52,328 bases of DNA, from the IMG/VR virus record IMGVR_UViG_3300003311_000001, positions 1 through 52,328 of that record; one strand, written 5' to 3'. This document shows positions 25,477 through 34,367 of this stretch, in pieces (positions within the stretch are counted from its first letter, which is position 1; each line of letters begins with the position of its first letter). This DNA comes from a virus. A program made the translations under genes and the position numbers. Under the pieces are notes generated by a model. It made no database searches. It was given only the letters and a program-made list of their open reading frames with translations, and was not told the DNA's origin.

Positions 25477-26292
25477 TAATACTAATACTGGGGAGTTTAA
25501 TTCAAAATATAATACGGGTGCCCCATAGCTTTTATTGTATTCATATATCTTACCCAACTGACTATAATAAACCCTACCACTTACAGCAACTAAACCAAAT
25601 GCGTAAAACGGTAAGTTTGAAGCTAATATGCGCGTGGTGCCGCTTAAAATTGATTTAGACCGTATATCATATCCATTACCATAACTCTTAGTACAGTATA
25701 CTATGTTGTCATCATCAACGGTAAACCTTTGCAATGAGCCATCGGTCAGCAATTCCAGTTTTTTATCTGTGCCATCATCGGCAATGCTCCATATTTGGCA
25801 AATGCCATTGCCAGTAGATAAATAATAAAACCGATCATTTACATAGGTTATTTGACTGACCATGTGCAATGTGCTATCAAGTAATATCAACCGTTTGTTT
25901 TCTGCGTTGCTGCCATCTGTTGAGTACAATGCACCTTTCGCCCTATCCACAAAAGCCAAATTACCAATCTCATCAATACACATAGCAGTTCCAGTAAAAA
26001 CAGCTACTCTACTTTTAACAACATCCCCTAGCCTGTATGTGTAAATGGAATTGTCGCCATTCTCTTTGTAAAAATACGTGTCTTGATGGCTCACAACTGC
26101 CATCGGCACGGTTTGAACTGACAATGTACCAACGATACCAAATGTTTTGTTGAATGTAGATATTGCTGGGGCATTGCCAGAGGAACTACCAAAGGTGCCA
26201 GCAACAAGCATATCATCAGGCTCCATGTAATAACCCTCCCTTTGACAAGCAAAAAGGAGGGTTAGCAAAACAACTACTATAAACCTACTCAT
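25459..26292 (-). CDS. Lipoprotein with a YWTD/DUF5050-like beta-propeller
   Basis: MSRFIVVVLLTLLFAC lipobox when the start is set to 26292. There are five or more repeats of a hydrophobic-Y...I/L-Y...DG... blade pattern. Confidence 0.5.
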   Translation of the reverse strand: MSRFIVVVLLTLLFACQREGYYMEPDDMLVAGTFGSSSGNAPAISTFNKTFGIVGTLSVQTVPMAVVSHQDTYFYKENGDNSIYTYRLGDVVKSRVAVFTGTAMCIDEIGNLAFVDRAKGALYSTDGSNAENKRLILLDSTLHMVSQITYVNDRFYYLSTGNGICQIWSIADDGTDKKLELLTDGSLQRFTVDDDNIVYCTKSYGNGYDIRSKSILSGTTRILASNLPFYAFGLVAVSGRVYYSQLGKIYEYNKSYGAPVLYFELNSPVLVLQKKPR

Positions 26293-26293
26293 C

Positions 26294-26872
26294 TTAATTA
26301 GGTTCGTTTTTGGTATACTCAAATATTACCCAAAAGTCATTGTACATCCTATAAGCTGACCCATTAAGGCGAACAGATGCAATTCTTAGAGAATTTGCTG
26401 TGTAATGACCACTGGTAAATATAAATTTTGTATTTATCCCACGTCGGTCAATCATAGACGTTTCAGTAATATTAGTAGTTGGGTTTGATGTAAAAGCTCT
26501 AACAGATATTGGCGTAGCAACCCTAAGAAAAGCGACATTCTTACCAGCGTGCCCAAAATTATTTGTACGCAGCTTGGTTGCGTACATCCATACTTGCTTG
26601 CCTTGGTATTTCCAATTCGCCTTGACTTCTTTATCAAGCTCAACGTTTGTACTTGGTTGCCCTAATTTTGAAAGGCTATCCACTTTACTACATAGATCGG
26701 CTACCTTTTTTTCAAGTGCTTTTACTCTCTTGGGCAAGCCTTTGTTTTTACGTCTACGTTCTTTGGTACCTGTTTCATATGACTGCTCAAGTTCAGCCAT
26801 CAGTGTATGGTCATTGCAGGACCACAGTATGAGCACAGATAATAGAAAAATTGATTTAAGAAATGTATTCAT
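26294..26872 (-). CDS. Lipoprotein with a coiled-coil N-terminal region
   Basis: FLLSVLILWSC lipobox, then a heptad-like segment KALEKKVADLCSKVDSLSK. Confidence 0.55.
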   Translation of the reverse strand: MNTFLKSIFLLSVLILWSCNDHTLMAELEQSYETGTKERRRKNKGLPKRVKALEKKVADLCSKVDSLSKLGQPSTNVELDKEVKANWKYQGKQVWMYATKLRTNNFGHAGKNVAFLRVATPISVRAFTSNPTTNITETSMIDRRGINTKFIFTSGHYTANSLRIASVRLNGSAYRMYNDFWVIFEYTKNEPN

Positions 26873-26906
26873 ATATTTTTATAAATAGTTGATTGTTGAA
26901 CAAAGC

Positions 26907-28130
26907 TTATTTAAGCGTATACCTAACTTGGACGGTTCCAGCAAAGTCAGTACCACCGCCTTGAGATAGAGTTAGTAGTCCGTTACTATCTAAAACACCA
27001 AATGATTTATTGTTGATATTTTCCGCGCCTGATGCCGATATTTTAGACAAAATAAAATCTGTAGTAAAATCAACAAAATCACCTGACTCGCTCCCATCAA
27101 AGTTTGCGGATTGAACTATATCAGTACCGCCCTTGGCGAAAATTATTTTTTCATCAGTAAACCCGATAGCTCTACTGGTAGTACCTCCACCACCAGAAAC
27201 CAAAACTTGTTGATTTTGACCATTTAAGTTAGTCTTTACAAGATCACCGCTAATTAATTGCATATACACTCCATCATTTCTAACTCCTAACGACATTATT
27301 GTACTACCTTGATTCTCAATCACAAGGTTTTGACCATCCAAGTCACTTATACGAAGATCAGATGTGAAATATCTGTATATTTTTTGCCCATATACAAGTA
27401 TTTCCCCCTCGTTTGCTATACTTGTAAATGCTACCTCAACGCCTGAGCCGTCATAGTTAAATTTATAAATATCAGGTGAGCCGTTAATTAAATTAACGTA
27501 TATCTTTTTTTCTACCGTATCAACTGCAACTTGCAAAGGGTTAGCAGGTAATGTGGGATTTAAATTAGTAAAAGACTCGCTTTGCACATTGTAAGAGTAA
27601 ACTTGACCAGAAACAACAAAAAACAACAGCCCTGATTCTTCGTCAATGTTGAGTTTGGCAGGATTGCCGCCTAATGATGCGGTGCTAATAGGGGAAATAA
27701 CATTGCCATTAAAATCAGTTCTTCTAATTTCGTTAACCGTTTGCATCGCAAAATATACAATCTTAGGATTTTCTTGCCCAGTGCCCCCAATAGATAGCGT
27801 ATACTCATCCACATTGGGTATACTCACATCTGCCAGTGATTCAAAATTAATTGTTTGCTCAATCCATTGCTTACCACTTGCCGACAATAACGGGTTTCCT
27901 TCGTCGTCTTTTACGAGTCTTTTGCCACTGCTGGCGTTTTCCTGAGAAAGCAATGCAAGCCAGTCATCATATTCCTGTTGAGTTGCATCTACTATCTTAA
28001 AACCCTTGTCTTTCCTGATTTGAGGTGTATCAGTTGCAACGTCAATCACTGCTTCAGGCTGCAGTAATGCGAGGTCGTTAGCTACATCATACCAGCTACT
28101 AACACCAGTATTTAATTTATAAAAAGCCAT
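26907..28130 (-). CDS. Six-bladed YWTD-like beta-propeller protein (no signal peptide)
   Basis: Six repeats: KIVYFA..IRRTDFNGN, GLLFFV..VYSYN, KKIYVN..IYKFNYDGS, QKIYRY..ISDLDGQ, DGVYMQ..VKTNLNGQ, EKIIFA..VQSANFDGS. Start set to ATG 28130. Confidence 0.55.
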   Translation of the reverse strand: MAFYKLNTGVSSWYDVANDLALLQPEAVIDVATDTPQIRKDKGFKIVDATQQEYDDWLALLSQENASSGKRLVKDDEGNPLLSASGKQWIEQTINFESLADVSIPNVDEYTLSIGGTGQENPKIVYFAMQTVNEIRRTDFNGNVISPISTASLGGNPAKLNIDEESGLLFFVVSGQVYSYNVQSESFTNLNPTLPANPLQVAVDTVEKKIYVNLINGSPDIYKFNYDGSGVEVAFTSIANEGEILVYGQKIYRYFTSDLRISDLDGQNLVIENQGSTIMSLGVRNDGVYMQLISGDLVKTNLNGQNQQVLVSGGGGTTSRAIGFTDEKIIFAKGGTDIVQSANFDGSESGDFVDFTTDFILSKISASGAENINNKSFGVLDSNGLLTLSQGGGTDFAGTVQVRYTLK

Positions 28131-28163
28131 ATATAAAAATCTTTTATTGTACAATAAGATGGG

Positions 28164-28171
28164 TAAATATA
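28164..28171 (-). promoter_or_regulatory. -7-like box TATATTTA for the leftward operon
   Basis: Left arm of the 14-bp inverted repeat aaatatagaaaatt / aattttctatattt. Confidence 0.4.
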
Positions 28172-28195
28172 GAAAATTATAAAGTCCGAATTTTC

Positions 28196-28203
28196 TATAT
28201 TTG
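28196..28203 (+). promoter_or_regulatory. -7 box TATATTTG for the rightward late block
   Basis: Exact TAnnTTTG, 30 nt upstream of ATG 28233. Confidence 0.5.
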
Positions 28204-28232
28204 CTTTCCAGGCAAAAAATAATACATTAAAT

Positions 28233-28457
28233 ATGTACGAAACAAGGATTTTAAAAACCTTCGGAAACACTGGGGTAAAGCTCAGCGTCGACGACCTTTT
28301 GGCGATATATGCCAATCATTTCATTTTCCCCAAGGTTGCTATCAAATCGGTACTAGCCAAGATGGTTTCAAAGGGGCATTTGATAAAAGTAAAGATAAGG
28401 GGCAAGCCCCATTATAGAATAACTAAAGAGGGTAAGAAAGCGATTCAAAAAGAATAA
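28233..28457 (+). CDS. Small winged-helix DNA-binding protein
   Basis: 74 aa; KSVLAKMVSKGHLIKVKIRGKPHYRITKEGKKA looks like a recognition helix followed by a wing. Confidence 0.45.
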   Translation: MYETRILKTFGNTGVKLSVDDLLAIYANHFIFPKVAIKSVLAKMVSKGHLIKVKIRGKPHYRITKEGKKAIQKE

Positions 28458-28535
28458 GCTTAGTTACTATAAAATACAGGGTTGGGTATTACCTGCCCTG
28501 TACTATTAAAAAAAGTTGCACCTAATTGTAAAACA

Positions 28536-28853
28536 ATGCCAGAAGAAAGAGAAACAATTATATTCAATGACAATATCATAGTTTACCTAAAAGGTTTGTC
28601 CTATGATGAGCTAGTGAGCAAGTCAAAGCCGAAATCAAAAGGCGATCACGAAATGGTTCTGCAAGCTACACACCTAATACCTATCAGGGTTGGTAAAAGC
28701 ATAAGGCAGGTAAAAAGAAAAAATATCATTAGCTTTACCGAATCAAAGCCATTAGCAGATGGTAGAGTAATGTTATCGTTTTATCAAAACGGGATCAACA
28801 ACAAAGAGCTACTTGTCAAGCTTCAAAAACAAACGAACAATGGAGAGCACTGA
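28536..28853 (+). CDS. Hypothetical protein
   Basis: ORF from ATG 28536. Confidence 0.5.
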   Translation: MPEERETIIFNDNIIVYLKGLSYDELVSKSKPKSKGDHEMVLQATHLIPIRVGKSIRQVKRKNIISFTESKPLADGRVMLSFYQNGINNKELLVKLQKQTNNGEH

Positions 28854-29019
28854 AGATAAGCATAAGAATAACAACCAAGTTAAAAGCAAAGTCACTGATA
28901 GTGAAGAACAATCAGTAAATAACTTTGAAAAATGCACCTGTGATGATTGCGAGTGTAAGAAGCAAAAAGATAAGTACATCAATGAGCAAAAACCAAAAAG
29001 GTTTTTTAGACGTTTCTAA
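28840..29019 (+). CDS. Small basic/Cys-containing protein
   Basis: ORF from ATG 28840; contains CTCDDCECKK. Confidence 0.4.
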   Translation: MESTEDKHKNNNQVKSKVTDSEEQSVNNFEKCTCDDCECKKQKDKYINEQKPKRFFRRF

Positions 29020-29022
29020 GTA

Positions 29023-29223
29023 ATGACGTCATCACTAATAATTATAAGCTTGTTGGTAATAGTCGTTTCTTTTATAATACTTACATTGTTTCAGAAAGAA
29101 GCAATTGACACGTACAAGCATATACACCGCATACATGATGAGCATTTGAAAAAAAACTCAGAGTCGCCACCATGTAATAAAGACTTAGCTGAACAAGCCA
29201 ACAGCAAAGAAAGGCTCAACTAG
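29023..29223 (+). CDS. Single-TM small protein
   Basis: N-terminal hydrophobic helix SLIIISLLVIVVSFIILTLF. Confidence 0.5.
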   Translation: MTSSLIIISLLVIVVSFIILTLFQKEAIDTYKHIHRIHDEHLKKNSESPPCNKDLAEQANSKERLN

Positions 29224-29253
29224 TAAAATATCACAATCACAACACAATACGTC

Positions 29254-29922
29254 ATGGAAGAATTACAAGATGAGGAATACAAGGGAAAAGGCAAGGGCAT
29301 AAAAGTAACCCCGTTATCAGAATTTTTACCAACTTTCAATGCACTTAATTTCAGTCAATTTGTTGGGCACGACCTATTTAAATTGGCGCATGATACCTTT
29401 AACAAAGAAATGAACGCGGATGTAGATGCCGAAAGGTTCATAAGCCTACTTTCTGATGATGAAAGTAGAGGGCTACAAGATACAATTTTTACCGAGCTTG
29501 GCAAAGTAGCGCAGACTAAAGTAAACACAAAAATTGACCTTATCAATGCTATCATAGAAACAGGTGGTGCAATACTTCGTTCTTGCCGAAAGGTGGGGGT
29601 GCATCCCAACACTCATTGGAACTATGGCAAGGAAGATCAATATTATAAGGAGTTTGTAAATGCAATCATACCAGCACGCAAAGAGTTCCTAGAAAAAGCC
29701 AACGACACGCTAATAGAAAGTGGAGACGGTCGGGCAATTTATGGCACGAACAAGTTATACAATAAGGACATAGGGTACGGAGAGGACCCGCCATTGCAAA
29801 GCCCAATGCAGGACGTTGACTATAATTACGCTACGTTCGATGAGTTAATGATACTTAAAGGCATACGTGATGAGCTTGTAAAGCGTAAGAAAGAAGCACT
29901 AGCCAAGAAAGATAATATTTAG
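29254..29922 (+). CDS. Terminase small subunit candidate
   Basis: Lies immediately upstream of TerL and has an HTH-like segment, INAIIETGGAILRSCRKVGVHPNTHWNY. Confidence 0.45.
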   Translation: MEELQDEEYKGKGKGIKVTPLSEFLPTFNALNFSQFVGHDLFKLAHDTFNKEMNADVDAERFISLLSDDESRGLQDTIFTELGKVAQTKVNTKIDLINAIIETGGAILRSCRKVGVHPNTHWNYGKEDQYYKEFVNAIIPARKEFLEKANDTLIESGDGRAIYGTNKLYNKDIGYGEDPPLQSPMQDVDYNYATFDELMILKGIRDELVKRKKEALAKKDNI

Positions 29923-29936
29923 TGATAGTTTGATAT

Positions 29937-31403
29937 ATGAATGGTGCTTTTGATCACAACTTTATAAACGCAGAAATAGCCCTGCTAAAAAAAAGCTTCT
30001 TTCAATTTTTCCAAGAAGCATGGCAGGTCATCAACCCTTTTGTGCCACTGGAAATAAATTGGACACATAAGCTTATATGTGATGAGTTGCAAAAGGAAAT
30101 AGAGAGATGGCTAAGAAGGGAGCTGAAGACAAAGGACATTATAATAAACATCCCTCCTAGGTCACTCAAAAGCATTATAGTAAACCAAATGTTTCCCGCG
30201 TGGGTGTGGACCATAGCACCGCATTTCAGTTTCATAAGCGGATCGTGCGTCGACAGCCTTACAATTAAGAACAGTACAGAATGTAGAAAAATAATTGAAT
30301 CACCTTGGTATAAGATAAGGTTTGGCGATACTTGCCAAATAACCAAAGGCGACAATTTAAAGGGGCGCTACGGCAATACCAAATCGGGAACGCGAATTTC
30401 ATGTACCACCAGAGGCGCAATCATCGGCGAGGGTGCCAATTGTTTTATATACGATGATTGCTTGGACAAACGTCGGGCAATGTCTGACAAGTATAGAAAC
30501 GATTGCATTGAATGGTACACGGGCACCACGCGTACCCGTCTCAATGACCAACGCTACGACTTCAGGGTAATCATAGAGCAACGCCTACACGAACACGATT
30601 TAACTGGATATTGCACCACCCAAGAGCCTACAAGATGGCGTCAAATAAAAATACCTGCTTATAGAAGAGATGCGCCCGACGACACGAGACATTTCTACGA
30701 AGGTGAAACATATGACATAAGACGTGCAACACCTGATGTGTTAGAGTCTTTTAGGGCAACAATGACACCTTACGATTATAGTTGCCAGTACGACCAAAGC
30801 CCACGACCACAGGGCGGTAATATGATTACAGGTGAATGGTTTGATAAGATAGAATACAAAGATTTTATTAAAGCCATTGGCAAAACAAAGTACACGCCAC
30901 ACTTCTTTGCTGATACTGCCTATACAACCAATACCCAAAACGCAGCCAATGTAATACTATGTGGTTATTATCACAAGCGTATATTGTACATTGTCTCAGT
31001 GTTTAGGGACTGGTTAGAAATAGATGATTTTTTGGAGCAAGCCAAAGACTTTATTCATACGCATGGTACCAGTAAAAGTATGTTCTACGTAGAGCCCAAG
31101 GCAACAGGCAAAAGCGTAGTACAATCTCTGAGACGGAATACAAATATAAATGTCGTGGAAGGATTAGCCCCCATCACTGATAAGATAGCCGCCACAAACG
31201 CAAATGTACCGTTTATAGCCTCAAAAAGAGTGAAGCTAGTAAACGGTACATGGATACCTGATTTTGTGTCAGAGTGTGAGCTATTCCCCAACGTAAGCCA
31301 CAAAGATCAGGTTGATACTTTAAACCACGCCATCAATCATTATTGGACTGATAGGGACGAGGGATACAAGCATAAGAAAGTTATATTGCCCAAAGCTAGG
31401 TAG
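29937..31403 (+). CDS. terL: Terminase large subunit
   Basis: P-loop-like PPRSLKS, Walker B CFIYDDCLD, the IIEQRLHEHDLTGY motif and a C-terminal nuclease-like region. Confidence 0.8.
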   Translation: MNGAFDHNFINAEIALLKKSFFQFFQEAWQVINPFVPLEINWTHKLICDELQKEIERWLRRELKTKDIIINIPPRSLKSIIVNQMFPAWVWTIAPHFSFISGSCVDSLTIKNSTECRKIIESPWYKIRFGDTCQITKGDNLKGRYGNTKSGTRISCTTRGAIIGEGANCFIYDDCLDKRRAMSDKYRNDCIEWYTGTTRTRLNDQRYDFRVIIEQRLHEHDLTGYCTTQEPTRWRQIKIPAYRRDAPDDTRHFYEGETYDIRRATPDVLESFRATMTPYDYSCQYDQSPRPQGGNMITGEWFDKIEYKDFIKAIGKTKYTPHFFADTAYTTNTQNAANVILCGYYHKRILYIVSVFRDWLEIDDFLEQAKDFIHTHGTSKSMFYVEPKATGKSVVQSLRRNTNINVVEGLAPITDKIAATNANVPFIASKRVKLVNGTWIPDFVSECELFPNVSHKDQVDTLNHAINHYWTDRDEGYKHKKVILPKAR

Positions 31404-31643
31404 CTAGTTAATACCAAAGAAGCTCCTAACTTGTGGCACATCTTTTTCAGGTATTTGGTTGTTTGCTATCCATCCGCTGATAGTTGCTTTAGCAGTATCC
31501 TGATTTATAGGATTTTCCATCCAACTTAAAAATGGAATGCCTGGGCAAACAGTACCAATGTTTTTACGATCAGTGGCATAGTTCTCGCCAGTCTCATCAT
31601 TGTACAACATTATACCGTTGAATCTGTAATCTACATGTATCAT
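31404..31643 (-). CDS. Small acidic protein, paralog family member 1
   Basis: 79 aa. It shares NGI.L.N.DT.E and N...AK.TI..WIA with 32173..32427. The leader motif AACCTTTTAGAT lies at 31645..31656. Confidence 0.55.
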   Translation of the reverse strand: MIHVDYRFNGIMLYNDETGENYATDRKNIGTVCPGIPFLSWMENPINQDTAKATISGWIANNQIPEKDVPQVRSFFGIN

Positions 31644-31810
31644 TATCTAAAAGGTTTTGTTTGAGAATTAATACAGTGCAAAACAACAGATTTGAGAGGC
31701 GGTATAAATCATCGGTTTAAATGATTTATGGCACTTGAAATATCATCGAAACTAATGATAAAAATTTTAAAATAATAGCAGTACATTTACTTAAACAGTA
31801 AATACATATT

Positions 31811-31996
31811 ATGACAGAACTAGAAGAAAAGAAAGAAAAGCTATTCGGGTACAAGCATCTGCCTGAAGACAAACAAGGGCTTTGAAAGCCCTTCCATGAT
31901 ATGGTTGAGAAAATTTTGCCACAAATATCAGATGGTAAGATGAAAGAATTACGCAGTAATGGCAAAGGTACTCGAGTAAAAAACCCCGCGCATTAG
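31811..31996 (+). pseudogene. Small Lys/Glu-rich ORF interrupted by an in-frame TGA (31883) that sits in the loop of an 8-bp hairpin
   Basis: MTELEEKKEKLFGYKHLPEDKQGL-TGA-KPFHDMVEKILPQISDGKMKELRSNGKGTRVKNPAH. The hairpin is aagggctt-tga-aagccctt at 31875..31893. Confidence 0.3.
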
Positions 31997-32121
31997 TCTC
32001 TCACACTAAAACGGGGGCTTATGAAAAAAAATAATGATATTCAAATATATATACTTATATGTAAATGACCATAAGATTTATAAAATATCATTACTTTTGA
32101 GGATTGCATATTAAAAATTTA

Positions 32122-32137
32122 TGTGTACATTTGCATT
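32122..32137 (+). promoter_or_regulatory. Promoter motif copy (tgtgtacatttgcatt; box TACATTTG at 32126..32133)
   Basis: Matches TAnnTTTG. Lies 40 nt upstream of ATG 32173. Confidence 0.55.
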
Positions 32138-32172
32138 GTAATATTTATTCATAACCTTTTAAATTATTAGAA

Positions 32173-32427
32173 ATGCAACAATTACTAATTGAACAAGATA
32201 GTAATGGCATACACCTTCTTAATGAAGATACTGAGGAAGTTTTTGTAATGTTTACCCCACACGGGCACAGGGATGATGAGCCAAACCCGAATGCTGGAAA
32301 AATAACTGATGGCAGCTATCAAATGGTGAATCAAGAAAAAGCCAAAACAACCATCAACGAATGGATAGCTGATTGCAATCTTGATGATGACGAAATTAAA
32401 TCCTTAAATCAAGTATTTGATTTGTAG
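32173..32427 (+). CDS. Small acidic protein, paralog family member 2
   Basis: 84 aa. It forms a monocistronic unit with promoter 32122 and terminator 32466. Confidence 0.6.
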   Translation: MQQLLIEQDSNGIHLLNEDTEEVFVMFTPHGHRDDEPNPNAGKITDGSYQMVNQEKAKTTINEWIADCNLDDDEIKSLNQVFDL

Positions 32428-32465
32428 GTAATTCGTAAGCCTGATTATTGACTAATCATAGTAGC

Positions 32466-32499
32466 AAAAAGTGTGTTCGTGTTCGTTCACACTTTTTTT
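32466..32499 (+). terminator. Intrinsic terminator
   Basis: aaaaagtgtg pairs with cacacttttt, followed by T7. Confidence 0.6.
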
Positions 32500-32528
32500 A
32501 TGCCGTTTATTTGAATGTAAACTATTTA

Positions 32529-32544
32529 TATGTATATTTGCATA
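32529..32544 (+). promoter_or_regulatory. Perfect 16-mer promoter
   Basis: Exact TATGTATATTTGCATA. A -33 TTTG lies at 32510..32513, leaving a 19-nt spacer. Confidence 0.65.
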
Positions 32545-32576
32545 TAATTATTCAAGCACATTAAACCTTTTAGATT

Positions 32577-32972
32577 ATGTCAATAGCAAAAGTCTTACAA
32601 GCCAATTACAAGGCTAAGAAAGAAAAAAACAACGAAGAGCAATTTATACCAACCTGTGAATGGGCAACCTTCCCAGTGGTAGAAGTGCAACAGCCCACTT
32701 ACTTTATCAAAGAAGGTGCAAGGGTACTTGTTACCGATGGAGGCGAGTGGCAATGGGCAACTTGTAGCGGATTTGATAAGCACAGGAACGAGTTTTCTTT
32801 TGAACAAGAAAATACAAGTAAATACATGGGCAGGATAACGCACGCCATGATAGTACCAACAGTAGCAGACACTTTTCAACTTATCGAAGATTCAAAGGTG
32901 GACCCTACATCGCTCGAGATGGAATCACATTTTAAACAAAACCCAATCAAGACCGATGCAAGTACCAATTGA
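32577..32972 (+). CDS. Hypothetical protein
   Basis: 131-aa ORF. Confidence 0.55.
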   Translation: MSIAKVLQANYKAKKEKNNEEQFIPTCEWATFPVVEVQQPTYFIKEGARVLVTDGGEWQWATCSGFDKHRNEFSFEQENTSKYMGRITHAMIVPTVADTFQLIEDSKVDPTSLEMESHFKQNPIKTDASTN

Positions 32973-33204
32973 AATTATAGACTTAGATTTCGACGTTGCC
33001 AAAGAATTACATGGGCAACGTTGCCTTTGCTGGGATGGCAGGTATTGGTTCTTTGGAACGATATATTATTACATAGATACAGAGTACGACGATGTGTTTG
33101 ACGACATAGAGTCATCAGAACTAATTAAGGTTGTGCCCGATGATAATACCCGCATAGAGACAACCGTTACCCATATTGCAAAGTTACCACACGTAGTAGT
33201 TTAA
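32956..33204 (+). CDS. Hypothetical protein
   Basis: 82-aa ORF. Confidence 0.5.
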   Translation: MQVPIEIIDLDFDVAKELHGQRCLCWDGRYWFFGTIYYYIDTEYDDVFDDIESSELIKVVPDDNTRIETTVTHIAKLPHVVV

Positions 33205-33223
33205 TTGTTTATTTATTTTACCC

Positions 33224-33255
33224 AAAGCTAGATTGTCATCAGTCTAGCTTTTTTT
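33224..33255 (+). terminator. Intrinsic terminator
   Basis: aaagctaga pairs with tctagcttt (9 bp), followed by T7. Confidence 0.7.
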
Positions 33256-33266
33256 AATACGCAAAC

Positions 33267-33863
33267 ATGACAGAAGTAAAGAACACAGGCGCCAAAGGTG
33301 TAGCAACCGTATTTGGCAAACTTTTGAAAAAGTACGGCATAGAGAATGCCTTTATACAACAGTCCACAGGATATAGTAAGCAGTATGTAGAGCAAATGAC
33401 TTTTAGAAACAACCAAAGCCAGCAAAGACATATTAAGCTTGCATTAGCCATTGCCTATAAGATCATTACCCACGCTAATGCTGATGACCCAGATTTTAAA
33501 AATCAGATGATAGAAGACATCACACATGTGATAAATGGCATAAATGGCAACCATTGCCTATTGTATACTTTTGATGCTGACATAAAAAAGCATAGTGTTG
33601 CTATGTTCCTATCAAAAGAGGACTGGATTAACGGAGAGCACCCAGTTGGTATAGAAACGGATAGCCATATTCTTAGGCTTAAAAACAAACTTATAGAAAA
33701 CCTATCCATAAGCTCAGAGCAAGCCAGTCACTTGGTAAATGTAGACCCAAGCCAAAGCCAGCTCATTGACAAGGATGGTAAAACATATGACCTTCATTAC
33801 TGCACTGATTGCGATGATTATTTCATTCCAGAATTAGCCGTAAATTGCAATTGCACAAAATAA
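33267..33863 (+). CDS. XRE-like HTH protein with C-terminal Cys motifs
   Basis: FGKLLKKYGIENAFIQQSTGYSKQYVEQMTF looks like an HTH. The C-terminus has CTDCDD...CNC. Confidence 0.5.
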   Translation: MTEVKNTGAKGVATVFGKLLKKYGIENAFIQQSTGYSKQYVEQMTFRNNQSQQRHIKLALAIAYKIITHANADDPDFKNQMIEDITHVINGINGNHCLLYTFDADIKKHSVAMFLSKEDWINGEHPVGIETDSHILRLKNKLIENLSISSEQASHLVNVDPSQSQLIDKDGKTYDLHYCTDCDDYFIPELAVNCNCTK

Positions 33864-33882
33864 TAACATAAAGAATAACATT

Positions 33883-34263
33883 ATGCTGGCATACCCAATA
33901 CAAATAAGCAAGGGCAAATCAACAACAATTGCCACAACCGTAGATCAATACAGGGAATCTTTCAAAAAACGTCTCGGTACAAAGATAGGCACTGAGGCGT
34001 TTAGCTTGGGTAATGGTAATGCTCTACATACAGTGCTTGGAGAAAGCAGCAGGGATACCATAGAGTTTATTGTTCGTACAAATGTACAGGACACCATACA
34101 AACGTTTGGCGGGTTGCTTTCCATCACACCTAATGCCCAAAATAGAGATTTAGGCATAGAGACAAGTATAAGTGAGGGCGGAATACTTACCATAAGAGTT
34201 AGAGCCACCATACTTAATTTCCTACAAGCATTTGGTGTTGATTATAGTATTGATCTAAATTAA
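33883..34263 (+). CDS. Baseplate wedge protein, gp25/gpW-like
   Basis: 126 aa, with the size and pattern typical of the GPW/gp25 family. Confidence 0.45.
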   Translation: MLAYPIQISKGKSTTIATTVDQYRESFKKRLGTKIGTEAFSLGNGNALHTVLGESSRDTIEFIVRTNVQDTIQTFGGLLSITPNAQNRDLGIETSISEGGILTIRVRATILNFLQAFGVDYSIDLN

Positions 34264-34277
34264 TTTAAAAAAAGTTG

Positions 34278-34293
34278 TATGTATATTTGCATA
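34278..34293 (+). promoter_or_regulatory. Perfect 16-mer promoter
   Basis: Exact TATGTATATTTGCATA. Confidence 0.65.
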
Positions 34294-34367
34294 TAAAAAA
34301 TAAACAACGTACCTTAGCATCATATTAATACAGAAACCTTTTTTTTAATTAAAACACTCACATTATT

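Noticed and set aside
31883-31885. Genome-wide TGA-to-Trp recoding (genetic code 4), as seen in some Bacteroidota phages
   Set aside because: All long genes are intact under the standard code, and Trp is encoded by TGG throughout. TGA ends about a dozen well-formed ORFs, several with ATGA start/stop overlaps (20824, 36115, 48186, 49160). No suppressor tRNA is present.
31726-31965. 79-aa minus-strand ORF in the 529-bp spacer
   Set aside because: The Ser/Phe/Cys/Leu-rich translation is the antisense shadow of the Lys/Glu-rich plus-strand reading frame, and there is no start context.
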